This document shows positions 9,755 through 21,502 of a DNA stretch of 64,000 bases, piece by piece. The DNA comes from Gemmatimonadales bacterium (GTDB lineage: Bacteria > Gemmatimonadota > Gemmatimonadetes > Gemmatimonadales > GWC2-71-9). The DNA lies in the NCBI GenBank assembly GCA_050184075.1, contig JBFXAS010000002.1, positions 15,831 to 79,830 on the forward strand, in the 5' to 3' direction. Every line of letters starts with the position of its first letter. Positions within the stretch are counted from its first letter, which is position 1. The notes below the pieces were generated by a model. The model worked only from the letters and a program-made list of their open reading frames with translations. It was not told the DNA's origin and did not search any database. The translations under genes were made by a program, and so were the position numbers.

Positions 9755-9781
9755 CTCTGGAACGGTTCCAGGGTCTAGCTT
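9751..9781 (+). promoter_or_regulatory. candidate MerR-type promoter with a 19-bp spacer that contains a dyad
   Basis: TTGACT (9751-9756), a 19-nt spacer, then TAGCTT (9776-9781). The spacer contains the perfect dyad CTGGAAC-g-GTTCCAG (9757-9771). It lies directly upstream of the two-gene unit that ends in a MerR regulator. Confidence 0.35.
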
Positions 9782-9832
9782 TCGGGCCTTTGGCGCCCTC
9801 CAACGCCTTTGGTCCCCTGAAACAGAGAGCTC

Positions 9833-10318
9833 GTGATGACCAGACCGTTCTTCGCACTGCTCGCCGCGCTGACCGCCGCACCCGTCTGCCTCATCGCCCA
9901 GGACTCGGTCGACGTTCGCGGCCACCGGGTGATGGGCTTCGATCAGGAGCTGACCCGGCACCAATTCCTGCTCTACGCCGACGGGGGGGCGATCGACGTC
10001 CGGGTGAAGGACCCCGCCGATCGGCAGAACCTCTCCGCGGTCCGTTCCCATCTCGGCCACCTGCCTGCCATGTTCGGTGCCGGCAACTTCTCGATGCCGA
10101 TGGGTGTCCATGCTCGCGAGGTGCCCGGCACCGCCCGGATGACCGAGCTTCGAGACGAGATCCGCTACCAGTACGTCGAGACCGAGCTCGGCGGCCGGGT
10201 CGACATCGTCACCCGCGATCCGGCCGCCCTCGCGGCGGTCCACGAGTTCCTCCGCTTCCAGATCGCCGATCACAAGACCGGTGACGACACGGCGGTGCGG
10301 CCCCGTCCCGGGCGGTGA
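9833..10318 (+). CDS. secreted His-rich protein of unknown function
   Basis: 161 aa. Signal peptide MMTRPFFALLAALTAAPVCLIAQ, several His/Met residues, GC3-rich codons. Its stop abuts the merR-family start (TGAATG). Confidence 0.6.
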   Translation: MMTRPFFALLAALTAAPVCLIAQDSVDVRGHRVMGFDQELTRHQFLLYADGGAIDVRVKDPADRQNLSAVRSHLGHLPAMFGAGNFSMPMGVHAREVPGTARMTELRDEIRYQYVETELGGRVDIVTRDPAALAAVHEFLRFQIADHKTGDDTAVRPRPGR

Positions 10319-10774
10319 ATGAGCGGGCCCGCTGAGCTGATCCGGATCGGCGCGCTGGCGGCCACGGTCGGAGTCAGTCCCGACACGCTCCGGCACTACG
10401 AGCGGCGAGGCCTGCTTCGGCCGTCATGCCGTACCGCGAGTGGCTATCGGCTCTACGACGAGCGGGCCGTGGAGCGGGTTCGGCTGATCCGCAATGGCCT
10501 CGAAGTGGGCCTTTCGCTTCGTGAGCTCGCGGTGGTGCTCGCCGAGCGGGACAAAGGCGGCGCACCCTGCCGCAAGGTCCGCGCGCTGGTGGCGGATCGG
10601 CTCGTGCTGCTCGAGCGTCGCCTGGCCGACCTCGCCGAGCATCGGGATGCGCTGGTCAGCCTGCTGGCCGACTGGGATCGCCGCCTCGACCGATCCCCTC
10701 CCGGTCGCCGCGCCGGCCTGCTCGGCGCCGTCCCGCGCCGGGCTACTTCCAGTCGAGGTATCGGACCCGGCTGA
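10319..10774 (+). CDS. MerR family transcriptional regulator
   Basis: The N-terminal HTH IGALAATVGVSPDTLRHYERRGLL...SGYRLYD is the canonical MerR signature, followed by a coiled-coil dimerisation helix. Confidence 0.85.
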   Translation: MSGPAELIRIGALAATVGVSPDTLRHYERRGLLRPSCRTASGYRLYDERAVERVRLIRNGLEVGLSLRELAVVLAERDKGGAPCRKVRALVADRLVLLERRLADLAEHRDALVSLLADWDRRLDRSPPGRRAGLLGAVPRRATSSRGIGPG

Positions 10775-12362
10775 TACCGGGCACCAGTCGTCCGAGGGGC
10801 TGCCCGTCCCTGGTCATCAGCTGCACGTCGGTGTAGCCGACGCCTCGCAGATGGGCGATGAATTGGCCGCTCGGATCGAAGACGGGCAGCCAGTTGACCC
10901 ACCCGTCGGCGCGGACGGTCCGCTCGCCGCTCCCGTCGATCCTCGCCTCGATCAAGTCCCACGCGGAGAAGCCAGCCTCCGGATCGGTCGCGTAATTGGT
11001 CGACTTGGAGAAGCGCTCGAAGATCGTCACCGTGCCGTCGCTCACCGGATCGTGGTCCGAGGTCCCGGCGACCGCGGTCAACGGTCGGACGTTGGACCCG
11101 TCCGGATCCATCACGGCGATCCGGACCTCCGGCACCGCGCTGAAGCGATCGGTCTTGAAGACGATCCGCCCGTCGGGCAGGAAGTCGGGGTCGTTGTCGT
11201 CGACGCCGGCCGGCGTGAGCTCCGCGAGCTCCTGGCCAGCGGCCGTCATCCGCACCAGGTGCGCCCGCCCGGCGTCGCGGAAGGACGCGTAGACGATCTC
11301 GGCGTCGTCGGGCGACCAGCCGGGATGGCCGTCGAGGATCTGGTTGTCGGTGAGCTGGGCCAAGCCGCTCCCGTCGACGTTCACCACGTACACCTCGTAC
11401 TCGGTGAAGGCGGTGGGGCCCGGCGCCCCGTGGAAGGCCACCCGGCTGCGATCGTGCGAGAGGGAGACGCCGTCTTTGTAGAGCCCGGGTAGGTTCGTCA
11501 CCCGCCGCGCCGTCCTGGTGGCGGGATCGAAGGTGTAGACCTCGGGAGCGCCCTCGTGATCGGCAATGAACGCGATCAGTCCGCCGAGACCGGCGGGGAT
11601 CTCGGGATGCGCCGTCACCGGATCCGTGGACCACGCGAGCGCCGGCCAGGCCGTCGTCGGGTTGCCGACACCGACGGACCCGTACGCCGTCCCCACGTTG
11701 CCCGTCAGGTCGCCGAGCCGCAGGTGGTCGAAGATCGCGAAGTTGATCCGGGTCACGACTCCCTTCACGCCGTCGTGGTCGTTGGCGTCGTCGGCCGTCG
11801 GAATCAGCATCTCCATCCGATAGAGCCGGCCGGCCTGGTCGTAGCGGAGCCGGCCGATGCCATCGCCGATCGGATCGGTGGCGTCGCCGGCCGTGGCGCG
11901 CTGATCGACGTACTGGGCGCCGTCGAACGCGGCGAAGAGACCCTTGCTGTCCTCGTCCTGCTCCTGCACCCCGTCGCCGTCGTCGTCGAAGTGGACCACG
12001 ATGCCGTCCACGTCCACCGGGCCGAGGGTGGGGTCGAACTGGTTGTGGCGAGTGTCGTCCGGCCACTCGGCCGCGATGTAGAGGTGGCGATCGTCGTTGG
12101 CGGTGGCGAAGCGGAGCGTCACGCTGCGGACCACGGCGCCGGTGCCGAGCGCGGACCGGAGCGCCAGCGATCGGGTCGTGACCCCGTCCAGCTGTTCCAA
12201 GTCGACGACCCCATCGATCGGGAAGCGCGCCGCGACCGGCTCCATCGGTGCCGGCGGGGGAGGGGGCGGCGGCGCGGGCGGCGGACTCGGCGGCGGGTCG
12301 GTCATCTCCCCGCCGCAGGCGAGCGTCGCCACCAGCACGGTCATCCACGGTCGGATGCGCAT
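10743..12362 (-). CDS. TolB-like PD40 beta-propeller lipoprotein with an N-terminal carbohydrate-binding/DOMON-like domain
   Basis: Start at ATG 12362 gives MRIRPWMTVLVATLACGG (lipobox), then a Pro-rich linker. PD40-type repeats follow (WSPDDAEIVYASF, FLPDGRIVF, DPSGQFIAH). Confidence 0.8.
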   Translation of the reverse strand: MRIRPWMTVLVATLACGGEMTDPPPSPPPAPPPPPPPAPMEPVAARFPIDGVVDLEQLDGVTTRSLALRSALGTGAVVRSVTLRFATANDDRHLYIAAEWPDDTRHNQFDPTLGPVDVDGIVVHFDDDGDGVQEQDEDSKGLFAAFDGAQYVDQRATAGDATDPIGDGIGRLRYDQAGRLYRMEMLIPTADDANDHDGVKGVVTRINFAIFDHLRLGDLTGNVGTAYGSVGVGNPTTAWPALAWSTDPVTAHPEIPAGLGGLIAFIADHEGAPEVYTFDPATRTARRVTNLPGLYKDGVSLSHDRSRVAFHGAPGPTAFTEYEVYVVNVDGSGLAQLTDNQILDGHPGWSPDDAEIVYASFRDAGRAHLVRMTAAGQELAELTPAGVDDNDPDFLPDGRIVFKTDRFSAVPEVRIAVMDPDGSNVRPLTAVAGTSDHDPVSDGTVTIFERFSKSTNYATDPEAGFSAWDLIEARIDGSGERTVRADGWVNWLPVFDPSGQFIAHLRGVGYTDVQLMTRDGQPLGRLVPGISRVRYLDWK

Positions 12363-12490
12363 GCCCGATCGTCCAGCAAGTTGCAGACCTTCATACCGGT
12401 GCGCCGCCATCTGGCGTGAGTGTCGCGGCCGGGTCGCCGATAGGACAGCCGACGACTGGCCCCGCGGCGTCCGACCGCTACCTTCCCGAG

Positions 12491-13123
12491 ATGGCGAAGA
12501 ACGGGTTGGTTCGAGGTGACGACGGCAAGCGCCGCTGCTGGTGGGGCGTCAGCACGCCCGACTACGCCGTATACCACGATCGGGAGTGGGGCCGCCCCGT
12601 CGCCGACGATCGCCGGCTCTTCGAGAAGCTCTGCCTCGAGGGATTCCAGTCGGGGCTGAGCTGGCTCACGATCCTCCGCAAGCGGGACAACTTCCGCAAG
12701 GCGTTCGCGGACTTCGCGCCGGAGCGGGTTGCGCGCTTCGGCGCCCGCGACGTGCGTCGGCTGCTTGGCGACGCGGGCATCGTCCGGCATCGCGGCAAGA
12801 TCGAATCGACTATCAACAACGCCAAGCGCACCCTGGCGATCCAGGAAGAGTGCGGCTCGCTCGCGGCCTACGTCTGGCGCTTCGAGCCCGATCCGGCGGA
12901 TCGCCCGCGCAAGCTCACCCACTGCGCCCTGCTCGCGATGACCACCTCGCCGGCCTCGGTGGCGCTCTCGAAAGACCTCCGCCGGCGCGGCTTCAGCTTC
13001 GTCGGGCCGACCACGGCGTACGCCTTCATGCAGGCGATGGGCATGGTGAACGATCACGTCGAGGGCTGCCACGCCCGCACGGAGGCCGAGTCGGCGCGGG
13101 AGCGGTTCCGTCGTCCCAAGTAG
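12491..13123 (+). CDS. tag: DNA-3-methyladenine glycosylase I
   Basis: From ATG 12491: MAKNGLVRGDDGKRRCWWGVSTPDYAVYHDREWGRPV...LEGFQSGLSWLTILRKRDNFR, the canonical Tag sequence. Confidence 0.9.
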   Translation: MAKNGLVRGDDGKRRCWWGVSTPDYAVYHDREWGRPVADDRRLFEKLCLEGFQSGLSWLTILRKRDNFRKAFADFAPERVARFGARDVRRLLGDAGIVRHRGKIESTINNAKRTLAIQEECGSLAAYVWRFEPDPADRPRKLTHCALLAMTTSPASVALSKDLRRRGFSFVGPTTAYAFMQAMGMVNDHVEGCHARTEAESARERFRRPK

Positions 13124-13165
13124 CCCTCGGGGAAACGCTCGCGGGTCCACGCCCGTAGGTCCCCC

Positions 13166-14497
13166 ATGTCTCGAGCTTCGATGATCTGCCGCCTGGCCGC
13201 CGCGGTCGGCCTGCTGGCCGGCTGCGCCGCGATCGAGCGGCTGCCCGATCAGCTCTTTGACGGCCGGAGTCCGCGGGAGCGCTATATCGCGCGGCTGGAG
13301 GCCGCTGGGCTCGATCACACAGCGGCCGGCCGCGACTGGATCGAGGCCTCGGGTCGCTCCCTCCGCGGCGCACCCGCGGTGTCGCTGCCGCACGAGGAGC
13401 GCGGCCGGCTGCAGGCGACCGTGCCTGGCGCGCTCGCCTACCGCTTCTCCGTCGAGCGCGGGCAGCGGGTCAGCTTCGAGGTCCGCTTCGTCGACGATTC
13501 GACGATCGTGACCTTCCTCGAGGCCTGGCGGGTCGATCCCGAGGCCACGGAAGGGGCGGTGGTCGTGGCCACGGCGGACAGCGGCGACCGCCGGCTGGAG
13601 TTTGCCCCCCGGAAGACCGGCGACTACGTCGTGCTGGCCGTGCCGGAGCTGCTGCGAGGCGGTCGGTATGCCGCGACCCTGCGAGTCGCGCCGACGCTGG
13701 CCTTTCCGGTGGAACGCGGCCGGGCCTCGGACGTCGGCAGCCGATTCGGCGTGCCGCGCGACGGCGGCGCCCGCCGCCACCACGGCATCGACATCTTCGC
13801 GCGGCGTGGCACCCCCGCCGTCGCCGCCGCCACCGCGGTCGTCACCCGGGTCGAGACCACCCGGATCGGCGGCAACGTCGTGTGGCTCCGGGACGACGCC
13901 GGCCACTCGCTCTACTACGCCCACCTCGACCGCTCGACCGTCGCGCGAGGAGACCGGGTCGTGCCCGGCGACACCGTCGGCTTCGTCGGCAACACCGGCA
14001 ACGCCCGGACCACCCCGCCGCATCTCCATTTCGGGATCTATCGGCGGGGCGAGGGTCCGCTCGACCCGTGGTGGTTCGTGGCGCCCGTCAGGACCCGCGC
14101 GGCCCCGATGCGGGCCGACCTCGCATTGCTGGGCGACACGGTGCGGCTCCGCGCTCCGACCTCGCTCTCGACGGAGCCGAACGGCGCGACCTTGCCTGCC
14201 GAGACGCCGCTCGTCATCGTCGCGGTGGCCGGCGACGGCTATCGGGTGCAGGTGCCGGACGGTCGGGTTGGATTCGTCGCGGCCGCCGCCCTCGAGTCGG
14301 CCGCCGAGCCGCTCACGCGGACCACGTTCCGGACGGCGGAGGCGCTCCGTGCCCGCCCGGTGGCGACGTACCGGCCGGACGACGTGATCGACGAGGTCCG
14401 CCCGGGCACCGACGGCGCCGTGCTGGGCCGCTTCGACGACCACCTCTTGGTGCGGCTGCCCTCGGGCGCCGCCGGCTGGATCGCCGACGGCCGTTAG
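13166..14497 (+). CDS. M23 family metallopeptidase lipoprotein with C-terminal SH3-like domains
   Basis: Lipobox LLAGC. M23 motifs HHGIDIF (HxxxD) and PPHLHFGIY (HxH). C-terminal repeats GYRVQVPDGRVGFV and LLVRLPSGAAGWI. Confidence 0.85.
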   Translation: MSRASMICRLAAAVGLLAGCAAIERLPDQLFDGRSPRERYIARLEAAGLDHTAAGRDWIEASGRSLRGAPAVSLPHEERGRLQATVPGALAYRFSVERGQRVSFEVRFVDDSTIVTFLEAWRVDPEATEGAVVVATADSGDRRLEFAPRKTGDYVVLAVPELLRGGRYAATLRVAPTLAFPVERGRASDVGSRFGVPRDGGARRHHGIDIFARRGTPAVAAATAVVTRVETTRIGGNVVWLRDDAGHSLYYAHLDRSTVARGDRVVPGDTVGFVGNTGNARTTPPHLHFGIYRRGEGPLDPWWFVAPVRTRAAPMRADLALLGDTVRLRAPTSLSTEPNGATLPAETPLVIVAVAGDGYRVQVPDGRVGFVAAAALESAAEPLTRTTFRTAEALRARPVATYRPDDVIDEVRPGTDGAVLGRFDDHLLVRLPSGAAGWIADGR

Positions 14498-14504
14498 GCT
14501 CTCC

Positions 14505-17171
<2,667 letters not shown>

Positions 17172-17182
17172 CGCCGACCTCC

Positions 17183-17518
17183 TCAGCCCGTGCCCTTGAG
17201 AACCCAGCCGACGGCCTGCACCCGGCGGCTCCACTCCTCCCGCTCGCGCGCGAGCTGCTGCTCGCCCGAACGGGTGATCCGGTAGTAGCGCGCGCGGCGG
17301 CCGCTCTCGGTGGCCCGCCAGTCCGAGACGATCCAGCCGCGCTTGAGCAGGCGCTGCAGCGCCGGGTAGAGCGACCCCTGGTTGACGTCGAATACTCCGC
17401 GCGACATCCGCTCGAGGCGCTGGCCCACCCCCCACCCGTGCTCGGGACCGACGGAGACGACTTGCAGCACCAGCAGATCGAGCATGCCGGGCAGTGGTGG
17501 CACCGGATCGACGGGCAT
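17183..17518 (-). CDS. PadR family transcriptional regulator
   Basis: 111 aa: LDLLVLQVVSVGPEHGWGVGQRLE...GSLYPALQRLLKRGWIVSDWR. Confidence 0.9.
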   Translation of the reverse strand: MPVDPVPPLPGMLDLLVLQVVSVGPEHGWGVGQRLERMSRGVFDVNQGSLYPALQRLLKRGWIVSDWRATESGRRARYYRITRSGEQQLAREREEWSRRVQAVGWVLKGTG

Positions 17519-17530
17519 CGGTTCCTCTTC

Positions 17531-17570
17531 CTTCTAGTCTGTCTAGAAGGGTACGACTCTTCTTCTAGAC
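17531..17570. promoter_or_regulatory. candidate PadR operator(s) upstream of PadR gene 2
   Basis: 19-bp near-perfect palindrome CTTCTAGtctgtCTAGAAG (17531-17549, one mismatch), plus a further half-site CTTCTAGAC (17562-17570). Both are flanked by the inverted CCTCTT...AAGAGG (17524-17580). It is an AT-rich island in GC-rich DNA, 13 nt from the ATG. Confidence 0.4.
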
Positions 17571-17816
17571 TGGCAAGAGGAGATCGACGGCCCGCCCGGG
17601 TAGATCTGGCCCTGGTGGTCGCGCAGGTGCGGCCGGGCTTCGGTCGGAGCCCGCGCCTGGCATCGACCGTCGCGGCGCCGAGCGTGATCGTCGATCGGCC
17701 CCGCGGACCGGCGCCAGGTGTTGGGGGACGGGCTCGCCAGCCGAGCCCGGCGGCCCGGCTTAACGTTTTCGGACCCGGCGCGTATTCCGAGGATACTCCT
17801 GGGGTCGGATGACGGT

Positions 17817-20800
17817 ATGCGGCGCGTGGTCCTGGTTTCGCTCTTCTGGTTGGCCGTGCCGTGGCTCCGCCTGGTTGGCCAATCCTCGACGGACCTGATC
17901 GTCGGGCAGATCACCACGGCCGAGGGGCAGCCGGTCGCCGCAGCGCTCGTCGAGGCGCTGTCGCTGGAGACCCAGGTGGTCCGATCGGCCCGGACCAACG
18001 CCCAGGGCCGCTACACGATCGTGTTTCCGGACGGTGGCGGTCAGTACCAGATGACGGTGCGGGCCATCGGAATGCGGCCGGTCCAGCGGGTCATCGCGCG
18101 CCAGGTGGACGAAGACCGGCTGGTCTTCAACGCCTCGGTGAGCGCCACGCCGACCCAGCTCGAGGAGATCGTGGTGAGCGGCCGGCGCCGCCAGCTCGAT
18201 CCCGACCGACCGACCGCGGGGTCGACCGAGCGGGCCTTCACTCCGGAGCAGCTGGCCCGACTCCCGATCGACGCCGGCGATCTCGCCTTGCTCGCCACCC
18301 TCGCGCCGGGGGTGGTGGCCATCGAGGGCACCGACTCGACCGGCGCGTCCTTCTCGGTGGCCGGCCAACGCCCTGGCGACAACAACATCACGCTCGACGG
18401 CCTGTCCTTCGGCGCGGCCTCGATTCCCCAGGACGCGGTTCGGGTCAGCCGGGTCATCACCAACTCCTACGACGCGTCGCGCGGCCAATTCAGCGGCGGC
18501 TTGGTCTCGTCGACCTCCCGCTCCGGCACCAACGTGGTCCAGGGCTCCGGCAACTACTCGCTTCGCGATCGAGGTCTCGAGGTCTCGGCCTCCGACGACG
18601 ACGCCTTCTCCCGCGGCTTCACCCAACACCAGCTGAGCTTCGGCCTCGGCGGGCCGATCATCCGAAACAAGCTCTTCGCGTTCGTGTCCGGCCAGGGCCG
18701 CTTCCGCGGCGACGAGCTGCAGTCCCTCTTGAACGCGCCTTCGACCTCACTCGTCCGGCTGGGCGCGAGCCCGGACTCGGTCGCCCGATTCCTCGGCCTC
18801 CTCGACGACTTCGGCCTTCCGGTGAGTCTCGGCGGCGAGGCCGATCGGAGCTCGACCAACCTCTCGGCGCTGCTCCGGGTCGACTGGAACCTGGCCGAGG
18901 CGCACACCCTCACCTTCCGCGGCGACTATCGCGACAGCCGGCAGGAGCCGACCCGGGTCTCGCCGCTCTCGGTGCCGAGCACGGGCGGCACCCAGTCGAG
19001 CACGGGCGGGGGCGGGATGCTGGTGCTCAACTCGCGCTTCGGCACCGCGATCGTGAACGAGCTTCGGGCGTACTACTCGGAGTCGTCGAACGACGCGTCG
19101 AGCACGGAGCGTTTCCCGGCGGGCCGGGTCCAGGTGGCGTCGTCGCTCGACGACGGCTCCGGCGGCTTCTCGATGCTGGCCTTCGGCGGCAACCCGGGTC
19201 TGCCCCAGTTCCGGTCGAGTCGCTCGTTCGAAGCGACCAACGAGCTCAACTGGCTTCCGGGCTCCGCCGCCCATCGAATCAAGCTGGGAGGCTTCCTCAG
19301 CCTCTCGAGCGAGGAGACCGACGCGACCACCAATCGCTACGGCACCTTCCTCTTCAACTCCCTCGCCGACTTCGAGGCCGGGCGGCCGACGAGCTTCACC
19401 CGCACGCTGGCGCCGATGGAGCGGAGCAGCACCTCGCGAACGGCTGCGCTCTACCTCACCGATCAGTGGCGCGTGAACGAGGCCCTGCAGCTCTCGCTCG
19501 GCGTCCGCGCTGAGGCATCCGGTTCTCGTGGGGCGCCCGGGCTCAATCAGGCGGTGCTGGATCGTTTCGGGATCCGAACCGACCGGCTGCCGAGCGAAGT
19601 CCGGGTCTCGCCCCGGATCGGGTTTACCTGGATCCTCGGGGGACTGAGCGCGGAGGCGCCGCCGAGCTGGTTCGTCCGGGGCGGGATCGGCGAGTTTCGC
19701 AGCCGTTTTCCGACCGCGCTGGTCGGCTCGGCCCTCGCGGCGTCGGGCAGCCGCGCAACCGAGAGCCAGCTCGTTTGTATCGGCGCGGCCGCCCCAATGC
19801 CGGATTGGCCCAGCTACCTGGCGAATCCGGGGTCGATCCCCACGGATTGCCTCGCGGGAGCTGGCAGCCCGCCCATCGCCACCCGGCAGCCGGCCGTGAC
19901 GGCCTTCGCCGAGGACTTCGGCGCGCCGCGCGCCTGGCGCGGCTCGCTCGGGGTTACCCGGCGGTTCGGCTTGAAGGCGGTGTCCGCCGAGCTGAGCTAC
20001 GCCCGGGGCGCGAGCCAGTTCGGGTTCACCGATCTGAATCTCGGGCCGGCGCGCTTCGCGCTGGTCGAGGAAGCGGGACGACCGTTCTACTCACCCGTCG
20101 CCGCGGTCGACGCGCGCACCGGCGCCGTGAGCCTCTTCGGCTCGCGACTCGACCCGGCGTACGGCCAGGTGCTCCGGATCGACTCCGACCTCGCCTCGGA
20201 ATCGACCCAGCTCACCATCTCGGCCCAGGGCACCACCCGGCGCGCGCTGGTCTACAGCCTGTCCTACACTCGGAGCCGATCGCGCGATCAATCGTCCTTC
20301 TCCGGCGGGCAGGCGCGGGGTGGCTTCGGGGCGGCCACCACCGGCGGCGATCCCAACGTGCGCGAGTGGTCCACCAGTGACTTCGAGCGCCGGCACGCCT
20401 TCCTCGCGACGGTCACCCTGCCCGTGACCGACAACCTCGAGGTCACCAGCATCGCCCGCTTCTCGAGCGGCACGCCCTACACGCCCCGGGTCTCCGGCGA
20501 CGTGAACGGCGACGGCGTGAGCGGCAACGACCGCGCGTTCGTCTTCTCGGCGTCCGCCGCCGACACCGCGATCGCCAACGGGAAGGCGCGGCTGCTCGAG
20601 TCCACCTCCGGCGGCGTCCGAGCCTGTCTCGAGCGGCAGAGCGGCCGGATCGCCGAGCGCAACAGCTGCAGCGGTCCCTGGCGGCCGTCGCTCGACCTGC
20701 AGGTCAACTTTCGGCCCACCTTCCTCGGCCTGAATCAGCGACTCCTGATCTCGCTCACGACGATCAACCTGCTGAGCGGCGTGGACGAGCTGACGCACGG

Positions 20801-21461
20801 CGCGGACGATCTGAAGGGTTGGGGTCAGGGAGTGCGCCCCGATGCGACGCTGCTCTCGGTGCAGGGCTTCGATCCCCAGACCCAGCGCTTCCGGTACGTC
20901 GTGAACGAACGCTTCGGAGCCACCACCGCGAGCGCCAACGCGATCCGGGCGCCGTTCCAGCTCGGCGTTCAGGCCCGTTACTCGATCGGTCCGGATCGGA
21001 GGCGCGACTTCCTCCGGGGCCTTCGTGGCGGGTTCGGTGGGCGGGGAGGTGGGCCGGGCGTGCCCGGAAATCCGCGGGGGCCAGGCCTTGGCCCGACCGA
21101 CGTCCTCAGCCGGATCGACTCCCTGAATCCGGCGAGACAGCTGATCGAGATCCGGATCGCGCTCCGCCTGTCAGACGACCAGGTGACGCGGCTCGGCGTC
21201 GTGGCCGACAGCATGACCGCGCGGGTCGGCGTGCTCCGCGACTCCGCTCAGGCCCAGCTCGCCCGGACCGGCGGCTCCACCGACCCGAGCCGGGTGATGG
21301 CGTCGCTCTTTCCGCTGCTCGGTCGGCTCCGCGAGCTCCAGCGCGAGGCGCTCGCGGAGTCGGAGCAGATCCTCTCGCCGGAGCAATGGGCCCAGGTGCC
21401 CGAGCGGATCCGCCGGCCGATGGGGCTCGGACGGGGCGGGCAGCGGCGGCCGAACCAGTAG
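17817..21461 (+). CDS. TonB-dependent-receptor-like outer membrane protein with an N-terminal CarboxypepD_reg domain and a C-terminal helical extension
   Basis: ATG 17817 gives the signal peptide MRRVVLVSLFWLAVPWLRLVGQ. A carboxypeptidase-regulatory-like fold follows (GQITTAEGQPVAAALVEALS...NAQGRYTIVF), then a plug-like region and a long beta-barrel. About 160 extra residues follow the barrel. Confidence 0.8.
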   Translation: MRRVVLVSLFWLAVPWLRLVGQSSTDLIVGQITTAEGQPVAAALVEALSLETQVVRSARTNAQGRYTIVFPDGGGQYQMTVRAIGMRPVQRVIARQVDEDRLVFNASVSATPTQLEEIVVSGRRRQLDPDRPTAGSTERAFTPEQLARLPIDAGDLALLATLAPGVVAIEGTDSTGASFSVAGQRPGDNNITLDGLSFGAASIPQDAVRVSRVITNSYDASRGQFSGGLVSSTSRSGTNVVQGSGNYSLRDRGLEVSASDDDAFSRGFTQHQLSFGLGGPIIRNKLFAFVSGQGRFRGDELQSLLNAPSTSLVRLGASPDSVARFLGLLDDFGLPVSLGGEADRSSTNLSALLRVDWNLAEAHTLTFRGDYRDSRQEPTRVSPLSVPSTGGTQSSTGGGGMLVLNSRFGTAIVNELRAYYSESSNDASSTERFPAGRVQVASSLDDGSGGFSMLAFGGNPGLPQFRSSRSFEATNELNWLPGSAAHRIKLGGFLSLSSEETDATTNRYGTFLFNSLADFEAGRPTSFTRTLAPMERSSTSRTAALYLTDQWRVNEALQLSLGVRAEASGSRGAPGLNQAVLDRFGIRTDRLPSEVRVSPRIGFTWILGGLSAEAPPSWFVRGGIGEFRSRFPTALVGSALAASGSRATESQLVCIGAAAPMPDWPSYLANPGSIPTDCLAGAGSPPIATRQPAVTAFAEDFGAPRAWRGSLGVTRRFGLKAVSAELSYARGASQFGFTDLNLGPARFALVEEAGRPFYSPVAAVDARTGAVSLFGSRLDPAYGQVLRIDSDLASESTQLTISAQGTTRRALVYSLSYTRSRSRDQSSFSGGQARGGFGAATTGGDPNVREWSTSDFERRHAFLATVTLPVTDNLEVTSIARFSSGTPYTPRVSGDVNGDGVSGNDRAFVFSASAADTAIANGKARLLESTSGGVRACLERQSGRIAERNSCSGPWRPSLDLQVNFRPTFLGLNQRLLISLTTINLLSGVDELTHGADDLKGWGQGVRPDATLLSVQGFDPQTQRFRYVVNERFGATTASANAIRAPFQLGVQARYSIGPDRRRDFLRGLRGGFGGRGGGPGVPGNPRGPGLGPTDVLSRIDSLNPARQLIEIRIALRLSDDQVTRLGVVADSMTARVGVLRDSAQAQLARTGGSTDPSRVMASLFPLLGRLRELQREALAESEQILSPEQWAQVPERIRRPMGLGRGGQRRPNQ

Positions 21462-21502
21462 CCCCATCTGACCGAGCCGCCGGTGCCCGTAGATTGCGCG
21501 GC

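Noticed and set aside
17581-17816. A possible riboswitch (cobalamin, TPP or similar) in the ~240-nt region upstream of the TonB-dependent-receptor-like gene.
   Set aside because: I could not find a B12 box, the TPP CTGAGA/ACCTGA elements or other familiar riboswitch cores. Only a weak TTAACG-N17-TATTCC promoter-like element (17760-17788) and generic GC hairpins are present. An Rfam scan would be needed to exclude one fully.
20819-21502. The N-terminal 228 codons of the 1060-aa hrpB track ORF, and similarly 23449-23997 of the methyltransferase ORF.
   Set aside because: These extensions overlap the 3' ends of the preceding genes and are Arg/Pro-rich nonsense. Conserved N-termini begin at GTG 21503 (before the Walker A motif) and at ATG 23998 (ATGA coupling).
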